From Hamiltosporidium tvaerminnensis FI-OER-3-3 (Eukaryota > Fungi > Microsporidia), in NCBI GenBank assembly GCA_022605425.2, contig JAKIMF020000001.1:1984001-2048000 (forward strand): DNA of 64,000 nucleotides. The letters run 5' to 3'. Numbering within the stretch: position 1 is the first letter of the stretch; each line of letters begins with the position of its first letter. Under the pieces are notes generated by a model. That model worked only from the letters and a program-made list of their open reading frames with translations, searched no databases and was not told where the DNA came from. Shown here piece by piece: positions 1 through 13,468 of the stretch. Position numbers and translations under genes: made by a program.

Positions 1-130
1 TAAGAATACACAGATATGTATTAAAATATCAAAACAAGTGGTACTTTAACAACATTGCTTATGAATAAGAATATTTTAAACATAAAGATATTTTTAAAAG
101 TTTAAAATATTTTAAATAAAGTATTTCTAG

Positions 131-560
131 AATAAAATATTCCTAACAAAAAGGTATTATAAGAAGGGAAATGATATAAAATAAATACTCAATATAAGCA
201 TTTAAAATAAAATATTCATAAAAAGAAACTATTATAAGAAGAGAAATGATATAAAATAAATGCTAAAAAAAAGCATTTAAAATAAAATATTCATAAAAAG
301 AAACTATTGTAAGAAGAGAAATGATATAAAATAAATACTCAATATAAGCATTTAAAATAAAATATTCATAAAAAGAAACTATTATAAGAAGGGAAATGAT
401 ATAAAATAAATGCTAAATATAAGCATTCAAAATAAAATATTCCTAACAAAAAGGTATTCTAAGAAGAGAAGTATTATGAAATAAATACCCAGTATAAGCA
501 TTCAAAATAAAATATTCATAACAAAAAGGTATTGTAAGAAGAGAAATGATATGAAATAGA
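131..560. repeat. 75-bp minisatellite, ~6 copies
   Basis: The unit start 'aataaaatattc' recurs at 131, 206, 281, 356, 431 and 506. Units alternate 'tactcaatat' and 'tgctaaa' variants. Confidence 0.9.
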
Positions 561-1382
561 TCTATTACAACAAATAAAAAATACTTTGTACATTTGTTCC
601 TCTTAAAAATATAATTTTACAATAAACTTCAAAATTTGTAATTCTTTCTATTTACTTACTTAGTAAATAGAATTACAGCATTAAGATTTCAATACTTATA
701 TATTATTACCCTATTACTTTCAAGATAATAGTCTATATATTTCTTTCGTACTCAATGCTACCGATATTTTTTTTATATAACTTAATGATATATTTTGTAT
801 AAAACTGAGATTTAGCAGACTTTTTATTTCGTAATTATAGACTTTTTTCACTTAGATTTCTGGCATTGTTTCAAGATGACCCAACAGTAAATAATATGTT
901 TTTTTTACTTCTTTAATCAAACCTAAATTATGATATAAATTTTGATGAATAACTGTTTGTTAGATGAATTATAAAAACCTTTCTTTTTCATAACTCATAT
1001 GTAATACTATTTTATTTATAAATCATTTTATAATTTAAAATTATTAAAATAATTTTTAATTTTTCTTTTTGTTGTCTTTAACTTTTCCTAAGATTTGCAT
1101 GGGTAAAAAATTTTTCTAAAAAAAATATTTTTAAAAACTATGAATTAAAGAAGTAATAATTTAAATATTTCTGTTCATATTCATATAGTAAATCATTACA
1201 TACTTTGATTATTTATTCACAGATTATTTCTTTTGAATGTTTTAATTTTGCTTGGTTTAGTTACAAATGTATTAATAAATGCTTTTTTTACTATCAATGT
1301 ACAATGAAAATTTATGCAGTAAAAATTATTAAATAAATCTAAAATTAAATTAAAAACTTAACTATTTCTACTAAAGCATATT

Positions 1383-1600
1383 AAATTAAGCTACTAAATA
1401 TATATTTACAATATAAATCATAAATATAAATCACAAATATAAATTTAATTAGAATCTAACTATATTTGAAATTAAGTCATTAAAAATATAAATCATAAAT
1501 ATAAATTTAATTTGAATCTAAATATATTTGAAATTAAGCTACTAAATATATTTACAATATAAATCATAACTATAAATTTAATTTGAATCTAACTATATTT
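1383..1600. repeat. Imperfect AT-rich tandem repeat (3 units of ~60-85 bp)
   Basis: 'aattaag...tataaatcataaatataaatttaatt(t/a)gaatctaa(c/a)tatattt' is repeated three times immediately left of the RLE element 3' end. Confidence 0.75.
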
Positions 1601-1609
1601 AAAGAAATT

Positions 1610-4600
1610 TTATTTAATAAAATTCTGGGTTAAAATATTTTTAACATTTTTATATGTTTTCTTCTACCTCTTTAACCACTTTTGTCTCTTCTTCCAAATC
1701 CGACTCTTCATTTATGTTATTGGTCGGTTCCTCTAAAGTGGTTCCTCCTTGTGAAATAAGAGGTGTATTATTTTTTGGTTTTAAATTTTTTGCACCATCT
1801 TCCTCTCTCTTCGCTTCTTTAAAAAAGAGTGTTGGTTCCTCATGCATCTCGGCTCTCATAATAACACTCATTGACGCTCTCTCCCAGCTCTCTTCGGCAT
1901 TTAGTCCTGACTCGAATCCTCTTCGTCGATCAAAAGAAATTGTTTCGACTGTTTTCTTAAGTACTAAGGACTGAATGTATGCCTCTACATTCGTGGGTAT
2001 TTCTAGTCTTTTAAGATGAGATTTATGGTATTTTGTCACAATACCGTCCCAGGTCATCACCAAGAGATCATCTCAACACTACATTTATAAATAAGACCCA
2101 ACCTATTGTCTAGGATGTCATACTTCCTAAGCTTTTCAGTTTCAACTATTTGAAGTGAATCTTGGGAAGTGATTCCTACTTCAATGAGTGTTATCTTATT
2201 CTTCTTCTTATCTAAAATAAATATGTCCGGTCTGTTATTCCGAATTTTAACATCAGTTTTAATTCTGGTGTTCACTCTTATTTCTGCATAGTCATTATCA
2301 AGAATTTCTTGAACTGAGTGACTCCTAATTCGTTTTAAAGACTTAAACTTATATCTATTTAGGAGAAGTAAGTGTAGGCATCTAACCACTTCATTATGCC
2401 GTCTGGTGTAGTCATGGCCTAGCATTTTTTCACATCTAGTTGCTAGATGATCTACAGTCTTACCAGACTTCCCGAAATGTTGACACATACCATCTGCTCC
2501 CCAGAATACATTTCTATCCTGGATATAGCAGAACACAGCTTCATTTCGTGGCCTAATATTCCCTCTCTTTAACCATCTTGAAGAGTCACTAACACTCACA
2601 AGCTTATTTTCCCTTGCATTATATAACTTTATCTGGAGTTTTCGTTTTTCTATTTCGTTATATAGTTTTGCAAGTTGGCTTCTTTTAAACTTTTCTTAGT
2701 GACTTCTTCTACCAACCTGTACTTTACTGTAAAGAAGCCTTTTATTAGTGCAAGATGGGTATTATTATTATTCTCCACCTTGAGGATTGCTGTTCGTCTA
2801 GTTGATATTTCTTTACATTTTTCCAGACGATCCAAAAATTGCAGAAGCATATGTTCGCATCGCAACTCAACACTATTTAGGTCTTTCCAAGTTCTGTTCT
2901 AGGAAGGTATAAACGCTCTTTACATCCTGAGTGAATATTTACCTTATTCCTAACCAATACCGCACGCACTGCATCATCTAACTTAAAGAAGTCAACCGGT
3001 TGAAGTCGAAGTACTTCTATGTCATAGTTGATTAACGATATCGCATGTTGATTGATTGCAGAAAATAAATTTTTTGCGTTTAATCTAGTGTGACAAAGTC
3101 TTTCAACTCTTGTTAAAAGTTTGCTTTGTACTTCTTCAAATGAGCTACGTGTTGGGATTCCTCTGCTATCTTCTATTATTCTTAAATATTTGTAAACACT
3201 AACACCTTCTAGAAGAGTAGCAGTATCTTCACAACACGTATCATTTGTGGCTGACTTCTCTTTGTTAATCTCTAAGCCAATCACCTCTAAAAATTTCTTT
3301 GCCTCGCCTGTCATAGCACTCAATGTGGAGCTGTCTTTTGCAAGGAGCTTAAGATCATCAATAAACAAGAGATGATTAGTAGAATGGGATTCTGCATCTG
3401 TTTGTACTGTCACTTTTGTGTATTTTTCATTAAGCTTTCGGCTTAATGGATCCATACACAACACAAACAACAATAGTGACAAACTATCTCCTTATAGAAT
3501 CTCTCTTTCAATCTTCTTGCTCTGATTTTTTCAGGCCCTACTGATATATCAATTTTCTATTTTGATATAATTACCTTGATAAATTTCAGGATCAAATCAG
3601 TCAAATTATGGTTTTCAATGCATTGAGTTTAATAAGCATGATTTATTGAATCATAAGCTTTTTTAACATCAATTCATGTTGCCTTAAGATTATTTCCATA
3701 CACTTTATTTAAGGCAATATTTAGTAGAGCCTGCTCGTTCGCTCCCTGCACACTCTCAATGCTCCCAACTGGTTCTCTGCAAGCAACCCTCGCCTTTCCA
3801 CTTCAAGTTGAACGACCTTTGGTACACACTTTTTCGTTAACTTATAGAGGTTGGGCATACAAGTGATTGGCCTGTAGTCAGAGCCTCTTCGTGGAATTCC
3901 CTTCGGTATCAAATACGTAAGCCCGCAGTAAAACCAATCAGCTTGAGGTGTTCCTTCTAAACATATAACTTTCACAAAATCATAAAGATATTTGTGAAGA
4001 ATTGTAAGTTTCTTAGTGAAAAAATTGTAAATACCACTAATTCCAGCAGCTTTACAATAGGAAATCAATTAATGATACTCAAAAATTAATAAAGTGAAGG
4101 AAACGTGGTCGGATGATTATCTGATACAAATGGAATCAAATAATCATCGTACGTGACTGTATCATCATTTTTGTTCCAGATTGTCGACCAAAAACTTTCA
4201 ATTTCATCACGACTAACCACATACTCGGATTCCACACCCTCAGATAACCCACGATAAAATCGACCTTGGAAAAGCTCAAACATACGATTCTCTTTTCGGA
4301 ATTGCTTCCTACTTTCATGCATCGTAATTTTTTTCTCGTAAACATTCAAAGACTCATTCTTCTTAACTAAAGCCTCAGAAAGATCAGTTACGCTGCTCAA
4401 GTTTAAATTAAACTCTCGCATGATTTTCTTAAGGCTCTTCGTTTCCGAAGTGGAGAGCTTTTCCTGCTTACGAGCCTTCTCGAGAAGATCTTTGGAAAGT
4501 ACATGCTTAGAAATTTTACTTTCTATGTTTTCCTTCCAAGCGGATCTAGGCTTTTCTTTACGTGTTGCCTCGTCATAGCATATCTGCGCAGCTTGCATGA

Positions 4601-5405
4601 TATACGCGGCTTCCGTAATTGACTCAGGTACATGAGCTCCTGCATATTCACCGACTACTCGATAAATTAGATCCAGAACTTTACTATCAACCAATTCATT
4701 TGGATGTTTTCCAGTTCGGACCACCACTTTTCCAATTTCGTTCTCCGAGATTTCTTTGATTTTACTCAAGAATTTATCTCTCAGGTTTATGTACTCCGTG
4801 GTGTCGGTCAAGGTGCATGTATCAGCGAGAAAAGTGGCGATTCTACGTCGCTTACCATTCTCTTCTGATTTTACTTCCTTTCCCATCTCACTTTGCGCTA
4901 ATTTTTTTAACACTTCGAGAGTTTCAGTGCAGCCGAATTTCTCATTATAGTACCTGTGAAGCTCTGTCTAGCCATTTCTTGGCATTCTTTCAAACCTTGT
5001 CTGTACTGCAAAAAAAACAATTTGAGGCCATTCCTTCGGGTCGGCTGTTACGGAATCGAATATCGTCCGCAATGCCATTAGCCTGTTACCTTCCGGAATA
5101 GCTAGAGTACAGGGATTTGTCATGTCGTACGATGGTCTGCACGCAGAGACTTCAACCGAAGAGGGAACTGGTGCATTAGGCGAAGGTATGGTGTCAAGCC
5201 CACTATTTTGCATTTTACTGCATGTTTGGCTTGGTGGTGGAGGTGTTATTGTTGTGTAGGAGGAGGAAGGTAGGGGAATCGCCGGTGGGTGTAGCTTACA
5301 TTTTTGTATCTCACTATCACTCTTTTTCACCTCATCAGCGTCGTTTGCAGCCTTTATTTTGGTATTATTCGATATTTCGCTGCTAACATTTTTCTTTCTA
5401 CCCAT
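1610..5405 (-). mobile_element. RLE-type non-LTR retrotransposon (R2/R4/NeSL-like), copy 1, full length, heavily pseudogenised
   Basis: ORF fragments encode RT motifs (YRPITC, NQLGA, HLLFIDDLKL, YKYL), a C-terminal Zn knuckle (CQHFGKSGKTVDHLATRC, second Cys lost) and a restriction-like endonuclease (RHNEVV...RPDIFILD...IEVGIT...KLRKY). Many stops and frameshifts. Collinear with copies at 35.3-39.1 kb and 41.6-45.4 kb. Confidence 0.93.
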
Positions 5406-5530
5406 AAAAGCGTTATAATACTAATTTTCAATTTTAAAAAATGAATAAAATATTTTTTTATAAAAAAAAACTCTTGAAAACATCAATAAATAATAAAACA
5501 ATTTTTGATAAATATCAAAGTATATAGTTT

Positions 5531-6075
5531 TTAATGCAATAAAAACGTGAACTTTTCATCTAAAACAGCCTGTATAATTATTTGTAGCAAAAATGCATTT
5601 GCTAATATAATAAAATGACAATACCAAAGGAAAAGATATTCAATATTTTTATTCTTTTTTATATATTTGTAAAATATAAATAGAATTACCAAATAGTTAA
5701 GGGAAAAAATTGTAATAAAAATATTTCCATAAGTAGAAGTTGCTGATAAAAACATAAAAATCGTATTTTGAAGGAAAAGCAAGAAAATGTATTATAACTT
5801 TAGCTTAAAAACCAACTGATAATGTTGTTTTTCATGGTGTAGTTCTCGATTCGAAATTTGAAGATTATTTTGTATAGCTAGGTTTTGGTTAAAAGATTTT
5901 TGGCGGTACGTTTGTTGGCTATTAGAAGAATTATTCCAAAATATATCATTGTTTATAACAATCTCGTAGGTGCGAGCAGAGTCACTTGATTTTGTTGGTA
6001 TGACACCAGTAATTGTATTTTCTATTCTATAGCTACATTAGGTCTCACATTATTCAAATTCATATTTTTATTGAT
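5531..6075 (-). pseudogene. Pseudogene of a C-terminal multi-TM membrane protein, paralog of 29744-30316
   Basis: LQNTIFMFLS...IFSLNYLVILFIFYKYIK aligns with IENTLFISLS...VFSLYYMIILFIFYKYMR. The upstream frame continues (SYRIE vs SYRNE) but has in-frame stops. Confidence 0.7.
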
Positions 6076-9000
6076 GCCTAACGGTATTTATTTAAAATAA
6101 ATACATCACTGTCCAAAAAATCAATTTTGAATTTACTAAATAGAGTTTAAAATCTCTTTTTGATTGCAATTTTTTTTGATCAAAATGTCAAATAAAAGAT
6201 TGCATATAATTCTGTAGTAATGATTTATAATGGTTACTAATGCAAAAGAATTTTTTTCAAAAGTATAAAAAGCCAAAATATTATTTTATAAATGTTTTTT
6301 CGGATAGAAATAACGGATTGTTCGATAGATTTTTATTATTCTCTTATCCAGCTGTCCTTAGAGACCAAATAAATTTAATATTAAAGTTTAATTTTTTTTA
6401 AATATAGCAATAGCGACAAAAAATATCTATGAGTTGCATTATTAGTTGAAAAATACTTTTAAAATATTTAAACCCTAAATACACGTGAAAAGGCTAAATA
6501 ACTATAAATTAGATTTATATCGCATCGTTGCATCTTGAAACAGTTTTTACATCACCTTAAACTTTATTTATCTTAACTATCTTTATGCTGAAAGAGCCCT
6601 AACGGATAAATTCGAATTTTTTAAAAACGTTGAAAAAGCTACTATATTTAAAATATTTATACTGATCTCTTTTTATTGCTAAATTATATCTCAAAAGAAA
6701 AAAATATTTTGAGATTTCTTAAATTTTGGCTTATATGTTTATTTCTCTGTTCGATTAAAAATAAATGCCTAGCTTAGTAGCAAATTACTATCATTATATG
6801 CATTTTCATGGGTGTGGCATGACAAATATGTTTCTAATTAACGTTTAATTTTGCACTTCCAAGACAATCCTAGGCATTATGGGGTTTTATTATTATTTTA
6901 ATCTGTATATGTTGCATGGGACCGCTTAATTAAAGTTACACTTGTATTTTTTTTCATATTAGGATTTTAGAGATACACAGTTAAAAAAATAAGATAGACG
7001 AAAGATAAAAATAACTTCATGTTTTTTTTCGAATATATATTATAGTATATGCCAAGACTATATTTTTTGGATACCCAATTTATCGTTATACTTAATTAAA
7101 ATATCTTTTTTGAATTTTTATTTTTATTTATGATTTGTAGGTTTGACCCAACCTTGATATTTCGATTGTGTTACACCTACCATAAATTATTTATTAGTGT
7201 AGTTAAAAACGTTCAGAAAGTGAGATTTTATATATTTGGTCATGATTAAATTACTTCACTATCGAAATAGGTTAGTCACAAACAGAAAATCAAAGAATAT
7301 TTAAAATATGTGAGTCATTTTACTATCTTAAACCAGCAAATATGTTTGTGTGTATGCTGATCACGTTAACAACCGCGATTTATTCTTTTACTTCATATAA
7401 ATTCAAACATTTACATAATTTATACAAACTAATCCCATTTCGGTGATATTTTGGATTTATAACAGTTAATTTTTTATTTTCGAAAAACTAATATAAACAA
7501 CGCTCAACATATTGATATGTAGTTAAATTTAATACCATGGTAATTTAGTCTAATTTGAGCTATAAATTCATTTACTTCATGATGCAACTATCGTGATCCG
7601 TTTAAATAATAAGTCAAATTGAATTAAAGAAAAAACGACTATTCTCGTCTAAATTAACATTAAGCAAAAAAGATCATCTCTTTAGCTAAATAAAGACTTT
7701 TGTTCTTTTTAATTAATTGCATTCTCATTTTGTATGCAATCGTATATTGACAGCTTATAAAACGCTAATAAAAAATTTTTTCTTTGAACACTTAAAATCC
7801 GTGCATTGTAAATTATCATACATTTATTTACATAACTATAATGCCAATTTAAACAAAAAATTAAAAATCATATTAGAAATGTAGAGGGAATTCTTACATA
7901 TATTTTCTTACATCTTGTAGCTAGAAAGTCTAAAATCTTTTTGTATGCTTAACAACTGCTATTTCGAAAAATTAAAAACCACAAACAACTTTGAATTTAA
8001 TGTACCATATTTCAGTATCATTTCTATTTAATAACTTTTTTTAGACTTTTTGGTGAAAAAACGCTAAAAAGAGCTGAATAGGAAATGGCAAACCGGAAAA
8101 CATAAGACATAAAGGTATGGAATAAAAAGACTCAATAAAAGCAAGAATTTTACAAAGAATTAAAAATAGTAAAAATGTAAAAAACTAATAGCATTATGAC
8201 TTACTAGTGACCTCGATATTAATATAATACATTTTTATATTTCTTGATTAATCAAATTATTTATTACTATTTCAGGTTGCATAATTTAAATACCATATAT
8301 GTATTACTTATATCTTTCTTTTACATCAACAAACATTAAAATATATGTTTCATTATTGTTTATCTTAAACTATAATTCAATAGGTAATGAAGACTGTGTT
8401 TATAATAAAACAGTTTTCATACTTAGAAACTCTAATAAAATGAATAGGATTAAAAGGGAAATACATGCAAGAGTATTGCTAACTAATCACAAGCTACGCG
8501 TTTTTCTACATTCAAACGCGGCTAAAATCAAGCCAACTCTCTTTTATAATACAAAATTCAAGCTTAAGGCACCAAATTGGTTAAAGAAACTACATTTTTT
8601 AGATTAGAGCTTCTAGAAAGAATTACCTTGAGGAAATACAAACCTTTGTATTTACTACTTCGTGTAGTAACTGCTAAGTTTAATTAAATCGATCTTGCTT
8701 TCATAAAGATTTATCTACAGGAAAGGAACCAATTTGTTTTTAGAAATACAGAAAGATCCCAAAAAAAATTTCTGAGCAAGCTTAAACTGTTTTAGAAAAT
8801 ATCAAAGCTGAAAAAAATCATACACAATTTACATCTGTGTTTAAAGGATTGATTGGCTATAAGAATGCAAAAAATACGAAGCCGACAGAGAAATAATAGC
8901 TACTTACAGGCGTTCCGTGCCACATTGAGAATTCTTTTATCAGAACACACCCTTAATAAAGCCGAGAGAAATGTATTTGGGCTATGTAAAAGACCATGGG

Positions 9001-9876
9001 TAAAGAAAATAAAAAATTTAGATTAAGTTCAAGAGCTTCACAATTAATTTAAATAGAAGTGTTTAATCAAAGAAATCAAAAACGCAGGCTATGTAATCTT
9101 TGATTAGAAGTACTGTATTTTCGACGCAAATATATTATAAAGCTAAATAGATATGACAACATATAATACAACGGAAAAAGCATAGATTTATTGCATAAGA
9201 CCATAATAGTATGATTTAAATGTAGTTCATCTTAAAATTAACACGAGTAAAAATGTATATAGAACCCGGATTTTCTGTAATCAAATTTTTTTAGAAAATT
9301 ATACTTAGTCTAAATTAGATAGAATATAAAAATATCAATTTTGATGGCTTCAATTAAAAAATAGGTTGGTGTATATCATGTTTCAAAACTTACGATTTTA
9401 TAAAAAAAATTGAAAAAATCAATCATATCTGAGATTGTTCTTGAATGGCTTCATTATGAATAAATAAAAATATGATGTCAAACATTGGTTAATTCAGAAC
9501 GAAATTAAAGCTATGATTTAAAGTGCAGACGGAGTAATTATGGAATAAGTATCGAACAAATAGTTTGTTGGTGTATCAAATACGTTTTTTTCTAAATTAT
9601 TTTTACTGGGTGTGTTTAATAAACATCATGAGTTTGCTTTCCAACTGAGAGCAGAAGAATTCATGTTTTATACCTTTTCATAAAATAACTCAAGTCCTTT
9701 GACCAAATTCTTTATAAAGTTCAAAAAATGGCTTCTTGATAAAAAGTACTATAGGTTACCTGCTTTACTGTGAGCTTACGTATTTCATCTTAAAAAACAT
9801 GCTAAGCAAAGGTTCTTAGTTCCAACCGATCATTTGCAATCAAACCTCAATTTGATAACATATATAGGTTTGATCG

Positions 9877-12800
9877 GTCCCTTCTTGCATGGAGCAGAAT
9901 TGGCCTAGAGTATTCCTTGCTTATTGTAAGTAAGAACTAAAAGGAACTAGTTTTTCAGGCTTGGGCGTAAGGCTAACAAGCCACTCTTTAAAACCAACAT
10001 GCTACGAAACCCAAAAACGTAATATAACTCAGACGGAAAATTTTAAAAATAGATAACGTAGTTAAACAAAAAACCAAAATTCTACTTGTAACATAAAATA
10101 AGCGTTCCCTACATAGACTCGAGGCCCGGAGTGTATGTCTGATGTGATATCTCAACGTAATATCGTCATTGTAGGCCCACAAGAACTGGAATCGACAGGA
10201 AAAAGAAATGTGAATAAGAAGAGCATTTCACTCTACTATAGCTGTCACGAAAAACACCACCTACTGGGGACAGAATTCATGGTTTGAAACAAAATAAAAC
10301 CGCTTGTAATTGATTTTCAGAGCTACAAACCCAGGCAATCCAGAATCAAAATAAAAGAAAAAAAATTGAACTATATTATCCTCAATGCATATGCTCTCGC
10401 AGAAGATTCAACTGGGGAGGAAAAGAGGGCTTTTATGCTCTGGTAGGGAAAGTATATGAAGATTGTCCTAGAAAATACATTCGATTTCTGTTAGGAGACA
10501 TGGACGCAAAAATAGGAAAAGATTATGTCTGTAGCAGTATTAGAAATTATACTTTACATAAGGAGCATTCCGAAAATGGATTCCGACTAATTAATTTTGC
10601 AATAAGAGGAAATTTAATTTTGGGAACAGTTTTTTATCGTGGGAACATACACAAGGGTACTTAAACGACCCCGGACTAAGATACGGTCTACCGAATAGAT
10701 CATACACACATTATCAAACGTCACAAACCATCTTACAGTATATTAGATTACAATGCAGTGCAAATATCGATAGGGATTATTTCCTCCTTGTTGCACAACT
10801 AAGAGCAATAATCTCACACACCAGAAATCAAAAATGAACTAGTTCTGTTGGATATAACACCTGTATGTTAAAATATGAGAAAGGGAAGAAAATATATAAG
10901 TCAAAAACAACGAAATAGTTAGAGAACAGAGCAAAGAAGTTATATATGACATTAGAACATGCCTAAACATAATATAGTAGCAGTAGGCCGTGTATCCATT
11001 TGATTTAAGCGAAGTATTAAAAGAAATGAAGGGTTTGATGAGGAATGTGCAAGCATAACCAAGGCTAAGAATGAGGCCTACAACTTTCTGAAACAAAAAA
11101 ATGGTCTAGAGTAGATACTGAAATATATATAGATGGAGCAATAAGGAAAAGAGATACACCGAGCTAAGAAGAGAAAGTTCATGATGACGCAAATAGATCT
11201 CATTCAGAAATATAATACCAAACATTCAGCAGAGAAATGTTTAGAAAAGTAAATAATGCCAGGAAAGCTTTCATTCCCTGAACAAACAGCTGTGCAAGTA
11301 AAACTGGTGAGCCTAAAGAGGCATTCAAGGTTTATAATATATGGTCATGGCATTTTTGCGAACTACTGGATGAATGCGGAAATCAAGCAGACACAGACAA
11401 ATGTTTGACAAACTAGAAGATACTGGTAGCCATGAAGACACTGTGCCTTCTTATGAAGAAGTACATTAAGCCGTGGAAAAACCGAAAAATATTAAAGCCT
11501 CAAAACAGACTGAATTCATATGAATAGTTTAAAAACGCTAGTAGAAATTACATTAATGAGCTGACGCATTTACTTAGAGAGAGATGATAAGAAGAGAAAA
11601 TTTCTAAAGAATGGGGTACAAGTCTCGGCTTTTTGATTTACAAAAAAAGGTACACAAGAATCGTGAAAATTACCGAGTAATATCTCTTCCGAACATAACC
11701 TAAAAAGTTCTGTCTAGCGTTATTTTTACACGACTGTTATCTTGTGTAGAGAACATCATTGGAGCATACCAATGCAGGTTCCCGGTAAATATAAAGACAT
11801 CGGACCTGATTTATTCACCAAAACAAATTTTGGAAAAAAAATTGGAATATAAGATAAGTTTATCCACCTTTTTATAGACCGCAAGCAGCCATGATAAAGT
11901 CAATAGAAAAATGCTTTACAGAGCCATGAAAGAATTTAGTATTCCCCATAAATTGATAAGATTGACTAAAATGACAATTTCTGGATCAAATTGCAGAATC
12001 AGAGTACAGTCTACTCTGTCAGAACCGTTAGAACATTTAATAGTCTAGAGCAGGGACCTCACTGGCTGGCTACTTTATAATTAGGCTTTTGAGAAAGTAG
12101 TCCGTGATTCTGGCCTACAGATCAAAGTCTTGAATTTAACAAGCAAATTCAAATAATAACCTACGCTGAGGGTATTGATCTTATTGCAAGATCTGAAGCT
12201 AGTCAGCAAAGAGCGTTCATAGCCTTGGAATTTGCAGCCAAGAAGATGCACCTGATTATTAACATTCGCAAGACCAATAAATGACATTGAGTAATAGCCG
12301 AAGACTCCCTCAATTCAAGTTCAGAGATTATATCTTTAAACAGTAGAAGATTTGTCTATTTAGGATCTTGAATAGATCTAAACAACAGCAGCTCGCACGA
12401 ATTTTAAAGTAGAATTCAGGCAACGAACAAGTGCTATTAGTGTCCCTTCAAGCACTTTAAGTCTAAGCTCATCACTAGAAAGACAAAAGTCATGCTCTAC
12501 AAAACGCTGCTGCGAATTATTCTCATGTATGGATCAGAATCTTGGGGTGTGAAGAAGATTGATGAGCAAAAAAAAGCGGTGTTCGAAAGAAAAGTACTAA
12601 GACATATTTATGGACTTAAATAAGAAAATGGCAGGTGAGGGGAACGAAACAACAAGGAACACTACACCGAATTAAGGTATATGCCAATAGTAGATTTAGT
12701 CTGCCTGAACAGACTTCGCTGGGTAAGACACCTCCTAAGAATGAGAACATCGCATACCTTCTTAAGTTTCGAACCTTATACCAGTCGGAAAAGTAAAGGG

Positions 12801-12953
12801 GAAGACCGATAACTGGCTGGATTGATCAAATCAAAAGACGGAACGATTTCTGGGAGTAGAAGACTGGTGGAATATTGCGCTAGAAAAAGACTGGTGAGCT
12901 AAATTACTGAAGGAGGCCAGCTCGTAAAATTTTAGCACTGAGGATAAATAAAT
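9877..12953 (+). mobile_element. Degenerate full-length APE-RT non-LTR retrotransposon, RTE clade
   Basis: Frame-broken motifs occur in the expected order. APE: ILNAYA, LLGDMDAKIG, ENGFRL, IDH. RT: NYRVISL, YQCRF, FVYLGS. RTE C-terminus: MYGSESW, LRWVRHL, GRP..W. It ends in a (TAAA)n tail. Confidence 0.88.
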
Positions 12954-12982
12954 ATAAAGTATGGAGTGATAACGGAGATAGT

Positions 12983-13468
12983 ATGGATAGAGATAGTAAT
13001 AGATTAGAGGTTTTTAGTGATAGAACTGGATTAGAGGGTGTTGGTGACAGTAATAGATTAGAGGTTGTTAGTAACAGTAATAGAATAGAGGGTGTTGATT
13101 ATAGTACTAATACCTTGCACCCTGTTAATACCAATACTACTTCTTTTACTCTTTGGAATAGCTTTGTCTTTGGTGACTGTAAATTATTTGAAATATTAAA
13201 ATATTTTAAAAGGGTATGGAATGTAGATATAAGTATGGTAACAATAAGAGATACTGTTATGTTTTGTACGGTTTATGATAATGAGAGGTTTAAAAATAAT
13301 TTAGAAAAATTTATAAGTGAATTGTGTTGTAAGAAAGAAGGTGAGGGTATTATTTACTGTGGTGTAGAGTTTTCGTTTGATATTGATGGTTATAACTTTC
13401 CTGAGGTAGTTGTTGAGTTTAGGAGAGAGAGAAGGGAGGTATTAGGATTTTATGAGAGTTATTGGTGA
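12983..13468 (+). pseudogene. Orphan C-terminal ubiquitin-fold domain (UFD) fragment of ubiquitin-activating enzyme E1 (Uba1-like)
   Basis: FTLWNSFVFGDCKLFEILKYFKRVWNVDISMVT...NLEKFISEL...DIDGYNFPEVVV matches the E1 UFD pattern (FTLWD...TL.ELI.YF.....EI.M). It is preceded by four 27-bp/9-aa repeats (DSNRLEVFS, DRTGLEGVG, DSNRLEVVS, NSNRIEGVD). No adenylation domain is seen upstream. Confidence 0.6.

Noticed and set aside
131-560. CRISPR-like array
   Set aside because: Units are contiguous with no unique spacers, there are no cas genes, and the context is eukaryotic.
1590-1612. TSD for RLE copy 1
   Set aside because: No matching direct repeat was found at 5406-5440.
1654-1974. Plus-strand ORFs overlapping the RLE elements (also 2675, 35373, 36360, 38330, 38481, 41695, 42682, 44652)
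   Set aside because: These are antisense shadows of the RT ORF. They recur only because the element is repeated.
8640-9050. Possible RPL17 pseudogene (PCHIE) or Tc1-like remnant (LNKAERNVFGLCKR)
   Set aside because: The short matches are mutually incompatible and lie in different frames. Not supportable without a search.
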